DNA of 64,000 bases from the human T2T-CHM13v2.0 reference genome, Homo sapiens. The DNA is taken from assembly GCF_009914755.1 (NCBI RefSeq), contig NC_060941.1. One strand, given 5' to 3'. Of this stretch, positions 15,511 through 32,215 are shown one piece after another; within the stretch, counting starts at the first letter, position 1, and each line of letters opens with the position of its first letter. The position numbers were made by a program, and so were the translations under genes. The notes beneath the pieces were generated by a model, which ran no database searches, had not been told where the DNA came from, and worked only from the letters and a program-made list of their open reading frames with translations.

Positions 15511-15674
15511 CAGATGCCCCTCCACAGATGATGGGGTTACGTCCCAATAAACCCACTGTAAGTTACATTGTTAAGTCAAAAATGCATTTAATACACCTAA
15601 CCTCCCCAATGTCATAGCTTAGCCTAGCCTACCTTAAACGTGCTCAGAACAGTTACATTATCCTGCAGTTGGGC
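15511..15674 (+). mobile_element. MER47-like (TcMar-Tigger) DNA transposon fragment
   Basis: cagatg...gatggggttacgtcccaataaaccc...catagcttagcctagcctaccttaaacgtgctcagaac matches the remembered 5' part of MER47A. Confidence 0.75.
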
Positions 15675-18462
15675 AGGACAGATGTGAGCCGGGCTAGAAG
15701 GGCATCGGTGACCTTCGAGAGAAGGGTCAGGACAGATGTGAGCCAGACGAAGAACCTCAGTGACCTTCGAGAGAAGGAAATGTCAGGACAGATGTGAGCT
15801 GGGCTAGAAGGGCATCGGTAACCTTTGAGAGAAGGAAGGGTCAGGACACATGTGAGCCAGATTAGAATAACATCGGTGACCTTCGAGAGAAGGAAGGGTC
15901 AGGACAGATGTGAGCCAGATTAGAATAACATCGGTGACCTTCGAGAGAAGGGTCAAGACAGATGTGAGTCAGGCTAGAAGGGCATCGGTGACCTTCCAGA
16001 GAAGGGTCAAGACAGATGTGAGTCAGGCTAGAAGGGCATCGGTGACCTTCCAGAGAAGGGTCAAGACAGATGTGAGTCAGGCTAGAAGGGCATCGGTGAC
16101 CTTCCAGAGAAGGGTCAAGACAGATGTGAGTCAGGCTAGAAGGGCATCGGTGACCTTCCAGAGAAGGGTCAAGACAGATGTGAGTCAGGCTAGAAGGGCA
16201 TCGGTGACCTTTGAGAGCAGGGTCAGGACAGTGGTTGAGATGGAAGCTGACTTTCTAGAAGGGCATCGGTGACCTTGGAGAGCAGGGTCAGGACAGTGGT
16301 TGAGATGGAAGCTGACTTTGTAGAAGAGCATTGGTGACCTTCGAGAGCAGGGTCAGGACAGCGGTTGAGATGGAAGCTGACTTTCTAGAAGAGCACCGGT
16401 GACCCTCGAGAGCAGGGTCAGGACAGTGGTTGAGATGGAAGCTGACTTTCTAGAAGAGCACCGGTGACCTTCGAGATCAGGGTCAGGACAGCGGTTGAGA
16501 TGGAAGCTGACTTTGTAGAAGAGCATTGATGACCTTCGAGATCAGGGTCAGGGCAGTGGTTGAGATGGAAGCTGACTTTCTAGAAGAGCACCGGTGACCC
16601 TCGAGAGCAAGGTCAGGACAGCGGTTGAGATGGAAGCTGACTTTGTAGAAGAGCATTGGTGACCTTCGAGATCAGGGTCAGGACAGCGGTTGAGATGGAA
16701 GCTGACTTTCTAGAAGAGCACCGGTGACCCTCGAGAGCGGGGTCAGGACAGTGGTTGAGATGGAAGCTGACTTTGTAGAAGAGCATTGGTGACCTTCGAG
16801 ATCAGGGTCAGGACAGCGGTTGAGATAGAAGCTGACTTTCTAGAAGAGCATTGGTGACCTTCGAGAGCAGGGTCAGGACAGCGGTTGAGATGGAAGCTGA
16901 CTTTCTAGAAGAGCACCGGTGACCCTCGAGAGCGGGGTCAGGACAGTGGTTGAGATGGAAGCTGACTTTGTAGAAGAGCATTGGTGACCTTCGAGATCAG
17001 GGTCAGGACAGCGGTTGAGATGGAAGCTGACTTTCTAGAAGAGCATTGGTGACCTTCGAGAGCAGGGTCAGGACAGCGGTTGAGATGGAAGCTGACTTTC
17101 TAGAAGAGCACCGGTGACCCTCAAGAGCGGGGTCAGGACAGTGGTTGAGATGGAAGCTGACTTTGTAGAAGAGCATTGGTGACCTTCAAGATCAGGGTCA
17201 GGACAGCGGTTGAGATGGAAGCTGACTTTCTAGAAGAGCACCGGTGACCCTCAAGAGCGGGGTCAGGACAGTGGTTGAGATGGAAGCTGACTTTGTAGAA
17301 GAGCATTGGTGACCTTCGAGATCAGGGTCAGGACAGCGGTTGAGATGGAAGCTGACTTTCTAGAAGAGCATTGGTGACCTTCGAGAGCAGGGTCAGGACA
17401 GCGGTTGAGATGGAAGCTGACTTTCTAGAAGAGCATTGGTGACCTTCGAGAGCAGGGTCAGGACGGTGGTTGAGATGGAAGCTGACTTTCTAGAAGAGCA
17501 TTGGTGACCTTCGAGAGCAGGGTCAGGACAGCGGTTGAGATGGAAGCTGACTTTCTAGAAGAGCACCGGTGACCTTTGAGAGCGGGGTCAGGACAGTGGT
17601 TGAGATGGAAGCTGACTTTGTAGAAGAGCATTGGTGACCTTCGAGAGCAGGGTCAGGACAGTGGTTGAGATGGAAGCTGACTTTCTAGAAGAGCACCGGT
17701 GACCCTCAAGAGCGGGGTCAGGACAGTGGTTGAGATGGAAGCTGACTTTCTAGAAGAGCACCGGTGACCCTCAAGAGCGGGGTCAGGACAGTGGTTGAGA
17801 TGGAAGCTGACTTTGTAGAAGAGCATTGGTGACCTTCAAGATCAGGGTCAGGACAGCGGTTGAGATGGAAGCTGACTTTCTAGAAGAGCACCGGTGACCC
17901 TCAAGAGCGGGGTCAGGACAGTGGTTGAGATGGAAGCTGACTTTGTAGAAGAGCATTGGTGACCTTCGAGATCAGGGTCAGGACAGCGGTTGAGATGGAA
18001 GCTGACTTTCTAGAAGAGCATTGGTGACCTTCGAGAGCAGGGTCAGGACAGCGGTTGAGATGGAAGCTGACTTTCTAGAAGAGCATTGGTGACCTTCGAG
18101 AGCAGGGTCAGGACGGTGGTTGAGATGGAAGCTGACTTTCTAGAAGAGCATTGGTGACCTTCGAAAGCAGGGTCAGGACAGCGGTTGAGATGGAAGCTGA
18201 CTTTCTAGAAGAGCACCGGTGACCTTTGAGAGCGGGGTCAGGACAGTGGTTGAGATGGAAGCTGACTTTGTAGAAGAGCATTGGTGACCTTCGAGAGCAG
18301 GGTCAGGACAGTGGTTGAGATGGAAGCTGACTTTCTAGAAGAGCACCGGTGACCCTCAAGAGCGGGGTCAGGACAGTGGTTGAGATGGAAGCTGACTTTC
18401 TAGAAGAGCACCGGTGACCCTCAAGAGCGGGGTCAGGACAGTGCTTGAGATGGAAGCTGACT
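15674..18462. repeat. Bipartite 2.8-kb minisatellite: about 10 units of 54-59 bp (15674-16220), then about 34.5 units of 65 bp (16221-18462)
   Basis: ggtcaggaca at 16221, 16286 ... 18431, which is exactly 34 x 65. The 54-bp period matches the 18-aa repeat in the ORF track. Confidence 0.98.
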
Positions 18463-19310
18463 TGCTCGGCAGGAATGCATGTGGGGATGGGGGCAGTGGA
18501 CTCCCTTGACGCACTAACAAAACCGACAGGCTGTGGGGGGGAGTGGCATCAGGAAAAGCAGGGGGACCCCTGTTCACTTCTGCAAGCAGAGGGTGAAAGG
18601 GGACAGTCTCTGAAGACCTGGGTGGGGCAAAGGACAGACCCCAGGACTGGACAGCTAGGGAAAGTGGTGTGGTGAGTTGAGAGCAGGATATTGAGAGTGG
18701 CATGTACACAAGTGGCTTAGCTTTTGCCGCTCCTCTTCTATGGCGGGGAGTAAGCCAGTGATTAAACCTCTTGAGATCTCAGCATCCCATCTACAAATGG
18801 AGGGACTTTGACAAAGTTCCCAACACGGAAACAAACACACCACCCAACCCCGATGCTCTAATTCCAACCTTCATGCCCCAATTCTGAGTTTCCCAACTGG
18901 AATGCTGGGGCCACCGCAAAGGTATCCAGCAAATGGCCAGATACTGATCCCTTTAGCCTTGGGGCTGTGGAGGGAGGGAGGTGTCCCCAGGCCCATCACT
19001 TCCGGCCCCAGCAGCCTCTTCTGTTGAGGGAAGAGGAGTTACTCATGTCGTCACTTCTGTTTCAAGTCCTGAAAAGGTCGGGAAGCATTGCCTACACAGT
19101 CATGCGAGGTCTCAAGCACAAGATTTGGGGCTTTTGGAAGGATTGGGTTCTTCTGATCGCCCACCTCCCTCTGACCAAGCCCCTTCTCCATCCCAGTGAC
19201 ACTGCTTTGTTCTTAGTACTGTCTCCCTTGCACCAGGGGTTACTCAGAGGGTTCTCAGATGTTCTTTCCAAAGGCCACAAGGCCTCGTCTCAGTTGTGCC
19301 CCACAGCCTT

Positions 19311-19536
19311 ATGGGTCGAGCATCCGAAATACAAAATGCTCCAAAATCCAAAATATTTTGAGTGCTGACATGACACCCAAAGGAAGTGCTCACTGAAGCG
19401 ATTTGGATTTGGGATTTTCCAATTAGGGATGCTGAAGTGGCATGTACATAATACACATATTCCAAAATCAAAAAAAAGCTGAACTCCAAAACACTCCTGG
19501 GCCCAAGCATCTCAGATTAGGGATGCTCAACCTGTA
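19311..19536 (+). mobile_element. Tigger4/MER46-type MITE
   Basis: gagcatcc...aaatgctccaaaatcc...agggatgctcaacctgta, with terminal inverted repeats. Confidence 0.75.
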
Positions 19537-19976
19537 TTTGCACAGAATTTGGGAGAGAGTTTAGGTGCTATTGTTGAATGGGTGGCTACCTCAAGTCAAA
19601 CGGTGCCCTTTCCTGTACTAGGTGACAGTGCCAAGCCTGACCTCCCCTCTAAGGTCAGAAAAACAATGAGCAACGTGCGTCAATGAGGGCAGCAGCTTCC
19701 AAACAGACACCTGGGGAAACCTGGAAATCTTCAGTGATGTTTTGGTGGAGTGAGAACCTCTACAAAGGTTTGATTCTAACTTCACTTTTAAAATGCATTT
19801 AGTTTTAGTTCTAAAAACTAAACATTAAAAATGGTAATAACGCAACGCGCATCCTCAAATGTCTTCTGGGGGCAAATGTAAGATGTCGGAGGCCCTTGCT
19901 TCTGTTAACCTCTTTCTCCAAGGGCTGTTCACGGCCATGAAGACTTCAGGAGACAAGGAGCCTGTTACCATCTCTG

Positions 19977-19982
19977 TTTAAT
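19977..19982 (-). terminator. Candidate distal poly(A) signal ATTAAA
   Basis: tttaat on the + strand. On the minus strand a CA follows about 13 nt downstream, then a pyrimidine/GU-rich tract. Confidence 0.55.
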
Positions 19983-20341
19983 TGAAGAGCCTCTACCATT
20001 GCAAGAAGAGCTGTTTAAAACAAAACAAAATGGATACTATTTGAAAATTCTTAGCTGGATTAAATCAAGATTTCTCTATTCTGTGCAACCCAGAAGTAAA
20101 CTGGGGTTGATACACACACATTTTCATCCATAACCTTGGTTTAAAGTGCTTCCTATTTGCTGGAATAGTTTTCAATGCTTTTACTGATTTCTTCTGAAAA
20201 ATATTTGAACTCATAAAATGTATTCATAAAATACTTTTATCTATTTTGTATAGAGGGAATCCAATGTAAAATTTTGTCCCATAAATTTGAAAACTGCTGG
20301 TGAAGTACAAAAGGCATGGATGTTGGAATGAAGGCTGGAGC

Positions 20342-21847
20342 CAAATCCTGGCTCGCCCCCTTACTAGTCACATAGCAAATCCTGGCTCACCCCTCACTAG
20401 TCACATATCAAATCCTGTCTCACCCCTCACCAGTCACATATCAAATCCTGCCTCACCCCCTTACTAGTCACATATCAAATCCTGCCTCACCCCCTTACTA
20501 GTCACATATCAAATCCTGGCTCACTCGTCACTAGTCACATATCAAATCCTGGCTGGCTCACCCCTTACTAGCCACATATCAAATCCTGGCTGACCCCTCA
20601 CTAGGTACATATCGAATCCTGGCTCACCCCTCACTAGTCACATATTGAATCCTGGCTCACCCCTCACTAGTCACATGTCAAATCCTGGCTCACCCCTCAC
20701 TAGTCACATATCAAATCCTGGCTGACCCCTTACTAGTCACGTATCGAATCCTGGCTGACCCCCTGACTAGTCACGTATCAAATCCTGGCTGACCCCTTAC
20801 TAGTCACATATCAAATCCTGGCTCGCCCCTCAGTAGCCACATATCAAATCCTGGCTCACTCCTCACTACTCACATATCGAATCCTGGCTCACCCCTCACT
20901 AGTCACGTATGGAATCCTGGCTCGCCCCTCACTGGTCACGTATCGCATCCTGGCTCGCCCCTCACTGGTCACGTATCGAATCCTGGCTCGCCCCTCACTG
21001 GTCACGTATTGAATCCTGGCTCACCCCTCACTTGTCACGTATTGAATCCTGGCTCACCCCCTTACTAGTCACATATCAAATCCTGGCTCGCCCCTCACTA
21101 GCCACATATCAAATCCTGACTGGCTAACCCCTCACTAACCACATATCAAATCCTGACTGGCTCCACCCCTCACCAGTCACATATCAAATCCTGGCTCGCC
21201 CCTCACCAGTCACATATCAAATCCTGGCTCGCCCCTCACCAGTCACATATCAAATCCTGGCTCGCCCCTCACCAGTCACATATCAAATCCTGGCTCGCCC
21301 CTCACCAGTCACATATCAAATCCTGGCTCGCCCCTCACCAGTCACATATCAAATCCTGGCTCGCCCCTCACCAGTCACATATCAAATCCTGGCTCGCCCC
21401 TCACCAGTCACATATCAAATCCTGGCTCGCCCCTCACCAGTCACATATCAAATCCTGGCTCGCCCCTCACCAGTCACATATCAAATCCTGGCTCGCCCCT
21501 CACCAGTCACATATCAAATCCTGGCTCGCCCCTCACCAGTCACATATCAAATCCTGGCTCGCCCCTCACTAGTCACATATCAAATCCTGTCTCGCCCCTC
21601 ACTAGTCACATATCAAATCTTGGCTGACCCCTTACTAGTCACATATCGAATCCTGGCTCGCCCCTCACTAGTCACATATCAAATCCTGGCTTGTCCCCTT
21701 GCTAGTCACGTATCAAATCCTGGCCGACCCCTTACTAGTCCCATATGAAATCCTGGCTGACCCCTTACTAGTCACATATTGAATCCTGGCTGACCCCTTA
21801 CTAGTCACACATCGAATCCTGGCTCACCCCTCACTAGGCACATATCC
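20342..21847. repeat. 33-bp VNTR (atcaaatcctggctcgcccctcaccagtcacat), about 45 copies, embedded in a MIR
   Basis: Clear periodicity, with a homogeneous run at about 21170-21570. Both flanks read as contiguous MIR sequence. Confidence 0.97.
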
Positions 21848-22197
21848 TTGGGCCTGTCACTTACCCTCTTTGAGCCTCCAAGTCCCGTCCACTAAACGGA
21901 GCTTAACTTAGCAGGAATTTCATCCGATGAGATAATGTATCCAGGACACAGTAAATACACAGTTACCTTTTCCTTCCCACCCCACCAACATGTACAGATA
22001 GCACTGAATTGCCCAGGCCCTCTCATGACCTAAGATACCACATGCAGGCCACACGGCAGCTGGACTGTGCAGCCAGGGCCCAGGGCTACCCCAACTGACC
22101 TCCACTCCCCTCAGCACCCTCCTCTGGCCTCCGAGCTAGCCAGCTGCTGATCCAAAGCTCTGGATCCTTTAGGGCTGTGCAAAGATGTGACAGGCAT

Positions 22198-22397
22198 GGG
22201 TATGAGGCTGTGGGGGACTCTGTGTGTAAACTGATGTTTCTTTGTATAGCATTTGATATTCGGTGTGGGTATGAGGTTGTGGGGGGCTCTGTGTGTAAAC
22301 TGATGTTTCTTTATACAGCATTTGATATTGGGTGTAGGTATGAGGCTGTGGGGGACTCTGTGTAAACAGATGTTTTCTTTATATAGCATTTGATATG
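22198..22397. repeat. 69-bp tandem repeat x3
   Basis: ggtatgagg units at about 22198, 22267 and 22336. Confidence 0.92.
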
Positions 22398-23995
22398 TAT
22401 TCCATTTGCCTTCTAAAGCCCTCCAGTGGCTGCTCCAGTTGGTCCACTGCAGTGCTTGATTTTGTGAAGAACCCTGTGGAATGTGGTCTCTGGCAGCTGA
22501 GAAGTGCCTTCCTTTTCCATCAGCGCAAGGCAAACACATGAAGGGAGCTGGGGTTTCTTGCCACCATTTCACCTGAGACCCCTGAAAGCTGCAGCCCACA
22601 CTGCAAATACTTTTCTTGGCCCTGGAAGTAGAGGGAAGTTTGTTGAGAAGCTGTTCTTAATTTCTCACTTGTTGAAAAATTACCCAAAACAGGAGGCAAG
22701 ACAATTGTGCAAATTCCATTTGATGACTGAGCAGAAGCTCCCAGAACCCTCGGATGAAGTGAGCAGCATTCCCAGGAGGCGGGACGTTGGACGCTATTTT
22801 TATTTTAACATCTCATATTGCCCCAGGTTCTCTGAGTCAACACCCTCAAAGGGGACAGACAGAAACAGAAAGGAACTTTTGGGCTGATTATAAGGATTCA
22901 GCTGGCCTTGGGAAAAGTCTAAACATCTTTGAAACACAATTGGAAAGTAATCCAAACAGCCTGTGAGCTCAGGCTTCCCAGTTAGAACTGCCTGTCCCAA
23001 GTTAATCTTGCTTAGTTTTTTGGGGGGCATCATACCTAAAGAAGAAGAAGAAGAAAAAAGGCAAGAATAAGTAAAAGGAAAAAAAAGAAAAAGAAAGGCA
23101 GGCAAGAATTTTTGTCCCTGTCGGGAGAAGAGTCTGGTCTGTGGACACCAGACACCTAAGCAAGTTTCTTGGAAGGGAGGCTTTGGCAACCCTCGCAATT
23201 CGCATTCACAGGAGACATGCCCTATTTTCCACAACAGGCAGCCTCGCCACCAGCCCCAGGAGGGAGGAAGCTCTCTTCTCAGTGTCTGCAGGTTTATCCC
23301 TAAATGCTACGGAAGCAGCAGCTGCCAGGGGAAGGGGATACTGCTCAGTCTTTTAAAACTCTCGTGTAAGCTTGATATTACAGTCATGACCTAAAAAGGC
23401 AAAGACCAGATATGCGGAGCTCGCTGCGGATGTAGCCTGCACACGGCCGCAGGATTTGTCACCACTCATCCATGTTTAAAAAAGCCAGTCCAGGCAAGAC
23501 AGCCACAGGCTCCCGCCCACAAGTGATCACGAACACACTTCACACTGCCTTATGGCAGAGCAAGTGCATATAGCCCGGTCTTGTGTGACCTTCACAGCCA
23601 ATATTCATTATAATCCCCTCTCACCAATATTGAAAATGGATGCTCAGGGGATCAGTGACTCGCCTGGTGTCAAAGTGCCAGGTCCAAATCAAGACCTGCA
23701 GATCAAGTCTTCTGTGGATGCTTCCAATCCCAGGCTGCTTTCATTTCTGATGGACACGTCCTTCATGTCCCACAGATCCATGGATCGCCGGCATCTTCCC
23801 TCCTGTTCACATAGGTGAGAAGGAAGGAGCTGGCAGGCAATGCCCTTCCAGGTGGGCTACAGGGAAGGTTCTTTTCTCATTAGGTTGATCCCTTGGCTTC
23901 CCTAGTAAAGTGGGGAGCTGTTGAAAAGAAAGAATGGAAACGAGGTAATGATCCTGGAGCCTAATGGAAGGGCCGCAGCCAGTTTTCCCCTGTTG

Positions 23996-24190
23996 AAAGG
24001 ACACAGGACTTCCCGAAGAGTTTTCATGGCAAAAACGTCCAACCAGCTACTAAGGAAACAGGATGGACTCATGCGTGCAGGAGAGAAATCACTAAAGGAC
24101 ACAAGACTTCCCAAAGAGTTTTCATGGCAAAACGTCCATCCAGCTACTAAGGAAACAGGATGGACTCATGCGTGCAGGAGAGAAATCACT
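23996..24190. repeat. About 98-bp tandem duplication
   Basis: acaca(g/a)gacttccc...gagagaaatcact at 24001 and 24099. Confidence 0.92.
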
Positions 24191-24884
24191 TGGCCGTCAC
24201 TGGAAGAGCAGGCTGTGATGGGAACGGTAAGGACAGAGAAGGGAAGGTTCACAGGATAGAAATTCACAGGGCAAGTAGGGTTCCAAGTCAGAAGCAAAAC
24301 ACTTTACACAACATTACAGACAGGCTCCACTGCAACTGGGCAGGTCAGGACTGGGCTCAGTCGGCCACATTCTGCTCCCACGCGTTGCTTCCTTAGACTG
24401 TCAGGGAAGGGAGAAGGGCAGCCACCAGGAGCGGCCAGGGTCACGGACTTGCTACTTCTTTCCTAGAGTCTGTTCTGTTTTCTGTCAGCAGTAAGGAAAT
24501 ACATTCTAGCAAATGACATCCAGTAATGCTTTAATTAACTGCAGTATTTTGTGCTCCAACATGCAGGCAGAAATCACTTCCAGATGGAGAAAATGAAAGC
24601 TATTTACACAAAGAAGCAATCCCTTTATTTTAAGGAAATTTATATCTCCCAAAGGTGTAGAACTTCGAGGGTCCAAGAGGCTATTCTGATGAATACTAAA
24701 ACAGGACTGGGAATTTTTATTTAATATATAAAATGTCATCGTACCCTTCATGTAGGCCAGCATTTCAGGTGTCCATGTTTCTAAGGCTTTTGCTTAAATT
24801 GCCCATTGGAGCTCTATTTTATTTTTAGGAATCTGACTTGGAGTAGACGAGAAGTGTGAGACACTTGCTGTCACCCTCAAGCAG

Positions 24885-25898
24885 GCAGGTTGTTCTGAGT
24901 GCTCTTCCTAGCGAAGGAATCCCATTTCCAGCAGGTTATTCCGAGTGCTCTTCCTAGCGAAGGAATCCCATTTCCAGCAGGTTATTCCGAGTGCTCTTCC
25001 TAGGGAAGGAATCTCATTTCCAGCAGGTTATTCCGAGTGCTCTTCCTAGGGAAGGAATCCCATTTCCAGCAGGTTATTCCGAGTGCTCTTCCTAGCGAAG
25101 GAATCCCATTTCCAGCAGGTTATTCCGAGTGCTCTTCCTAGCGAAGGAATCCCATTTCCAGCAGGTTATTCCGAGTGCTCTTCCTAGCGAAGGAATCTCA
25201 TTTCCAGCAGGTTATTCCGAGTGCTCTTCCTAGCGAAGGAATCCCATTTCCAGCAGGTTATTCCGAGTGCTCTTCCTAGCGAAGGAATCTCATTTCCAGC
25301 AGGTTATTCCGAGTGCTCTTCCTAGCGAAGGAATCCCATTTCCAGCAGGTTATTCCGAGTGCTCTTCCTAGGGAAGGAATCTCATTTCCAGCAGGTTATT
25401 CCGAGTGCTCTTCCTAGCGAAGGAATCCCATTTCCAGCAGGTTATTCCGAGTGCTCTTCCTAGCGAAGGAATCCCATTTCCAGCAGGTTATTCCGAGTGC
25501 TCTTCCTAGCGAAGGAACCCCATTTCCAGCAGGTTATTCCGAGTGCTCTTCCTAGGGAAGGAACCCCATTTCCAGCAGGTTATTCCGAGTGCTCTTCCTA
25601 GGGAAGGAACCCCATTTCCAGCAGGTTATTCCGAGTGCTCTTCCTAGGTAAGGAATCCCATTTCCAGCAGGTTATTCCGAGTGCTCTTCCTAGGTAAGGA
25701 ATCCCATTTCCAGCAGGTTATTCTGAGTGCTCTTCCTAGCCAAGGAATCCCATTTCCAGCAGGTTATTCTGAGTGCTCTTCCTAGCCAAGGAATCCCATT
25801 TCCAGCAGGTTATTCTGAGTGCTCTTCCTAGGGAAGGAACCCCATTTCCAGCAGGTTATTCCGAGTGCTCTTCCTAGAGAAGGAACCCCATTTCCAGC
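24885..25898. repeat. 46-bp VNTR (gcaggttattccgagtgctcttcctagcgaaggaatcccatttcca), about 22 near-identical copies
   Basis: ttcctagcga at 24905, 24951 and onward. Few variant positions. Confidence 0.98.
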
Positions 25899-26351
25899 TG
25901 TGCACATGCAGCATTTCCCCTGGCATTCTTTCAACAGGGAACCAGGTCTCCTCATCCGATGGCAATTCAGGAAGGGTTGGTGTCATACCCTGCATCGAGC
26001 AGCAGCCTCGGACCTGCCCCCACGCTCTGCGTGCCCTGTACTGGTCATGCTGGTCTCAGCTTGTCTGCTCTCAGTCCTGTCTGATCTGCACAGAGGAGCC
26101 ACCCTAGACATAAGAAATCAGGCACCCCTTCTCGGGGGTGGGCAGAGCCCTGGGTACTGGCTCTTTGTTCTTCGAGAGAGGAAGGAGTGGCGGTAGTTAG
26201 CTTCAATCCCTGAGCTGGGTTTGGAGATCAGAACACCTTGTCCATTGCGGCTCCTGTTTCATTGTTAAGAGTCCACACAGGATGTTCTCTGGCCTGGACA
26301 CCGCTAAGCCAGCTTTCAGACAAGTCCCCTCAGTAAGAGCAGAGTGAACTC

Positions 26352-26357
26352 TTTATT
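26352..26357 (-). terminator. Candidate proximal poly(A) signal AATAAA for VPS53 (second copy at about 26378)
   Basis: tttatt on the + strand in AT-rich non-repeat sequence, about 4.1 kb after the stop codon. Confidence 0.55.
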
Positions 26358-26499
26358 GATTATACAAATTACCACTATTTATTTTAAACCCAAAGTGACT
26401 TCAAAGTTGTTTTTTGGTTTTTAAAGGGGCTACAGAAAATGGACTGAGGGGAAGGAATGGGCACAATATCTAGGTCTAGCTGAATCACAGAGCTGTTAG

Positions 26500-29360
<2,861 letters not shown>

Positions 29361-29913
29361 CAAGATATCATTCTTCAGCAAAAGCAGGCAGCAACAGCAG
29401 CGGTTTGCCTGTAGCTGTGGTCATGGTTAACTGAGGCCTGGTTTCAAGGGAACCGAGTGAATCAGGGTTAACGGCTTGATATGCTGCCATTCTCTGGATG
29501 CAGGATGACATGAGAGGTCGGGAGCAGTCTCTTCGGCAAGCCCTGCTGCAGAGAGCCCGCGGTGGACAGGAAGGGCGGGGGGGGCGGGCAGGCTGCGTGC
29601 CAGGCCAGGCTCTCAGCCTGGTCTTTAAGGTCCATATTCTGTTCCTGAGGCATCCAGAACCCCAGACTCCTTCTCATAACACAGGAACACATCACTGGGA
29701 TGCTGCACATCACCTTTGCTATTTCAGATGACGCTGGAAAGTGCTGTGGACCTGAAGGTGAGTGGGCAGAAAGGGGTTTGAGAGTATGGACTTCCTGGGC
29801 GTTCCCATGGCTTCATCTGATGAGAAAACCTAGGAAACGTCTTCCAAGTGAACTTCCTGGTTTCCCTTCCCTAGAAACCAGGAGCAGGGTGGGAGTAAAG
29901 AAATGGAGGAAGG

Positions 29914-30162
<249 letters not shown>

Positions 30163-30420
30163 CTATCCTCCACTGCTGCCTCTGCTTCACGAACCAGAGA
30201 TCACCTAAATCGCCCTCTTAGAGCCCAGCCCTTACTCAGCGTCTCCGATTAGGGCAGGAAGTAAGACAGGGCATGGGAGAGACTCAGTAACAACCCACAT
30301 GTCCCAGGAAGTTTGAAGACCGACGATGTGAGAGTGCCGGGGAGCACAGGAGAGGTTGGGGGCTTCTGGGGAACGGGCGCTGAGGGTCTCCAGCCAGGAG
30401 CAAAGGGCCCCTTGCTGCTG

Positions 30421-31356
<936 letters not shown>

Positions 31357-32046
31357 CCTCACTTGCCCGCCGAGCGCTAAATGGATTCTGAGAGGTTTCC
31401 TTAAGCAGCAGCAACCCAGACTAGAAACGCCCCAGTGGCCCATCTCATCTTCACATGCCACTACAGCAATGTCCTAAATTTGCTGAATCCTAAATACACC
31501 TGCGCTGCTGTTTGAAGTATGGGTTTCCGGGGCCCTCCTCTAAAGACTCTAATTCAGTAGGCCTGGCTGGAGTCCCAGGTGACTTTTAAACTATCAGGAC
31601 CATCCGGGAAACCCTGCGTGAGAGGGTCTCCTGTTCCAGGCATTTCACCAGTACACGGTACTTGCTCCTTCTGCCTTGACGTACTATGATTCCTGAGAAA
31701 TGGGTGGCAAAAGGAGCTGGTATAAGTAAGTGGATTTCTGCAAAAACAAAAATGCCAAAGCTGCCTCACCTTTTGGAGACTTAAAATCTGTAACTTCATG
31801 TAACGACTAACTTAAACTATCAATTAACATACAAACAAAGGAAAGGAACGGCACTGCAACCCTTATTCATTTCCGTTTTGTTCTGGAATGCAGTATCTGA
31901 TTTTCTTTCCCCAGCCGACTGATTTGTTTTGAATTCCTGAGACTGAAGGGAAGAGTGGCGAGGAGGAGTTCACTCAGGCATCCTCTGCCGATAATTCCCA
32001 GACCACAGGCTCTCCTCCCCAGCAGTAAGCAGCAGGGAAAGAACAT

Positions 32047-32215
32047 GATGAGGCAGCTTCACCCTCACCTACATGAGCTCTTCACCCTCACCTACATGAG
32101 CTGCTTCACCCTCACCTACATGAGCTGCTTCACCCTCACCTACATGAGCTCTTCACCCTCACCTACATGAGCTCTTCACCCTTACCTACATGAGCTGCTT
32201 CATCCTCACCCACAT
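32047..32215. repeat. 23-24-bp minisatellite (catgagctgcttcaccctcaccta), about 7 copies
   Basis: Direct periodicity. Confidence 0.93.

Noticed and set aside
16221-18462. TTCTAGAA in many units as heat-shock or STAT elements
   Set aside because: Only two pentamers are present and HSF trimers need three. The spacing is wrong for a GAS site, and many units carry TTGTAGAA.
15910-21127. Repeat-peptide ORFs (18-aa repeat at 15910-16272; 11-aa repeat at 20909-21127)
   Set aside because: They arise because the unit lengths 54 and 33 are divisible by 3. There is no promoter, splice or homology support.
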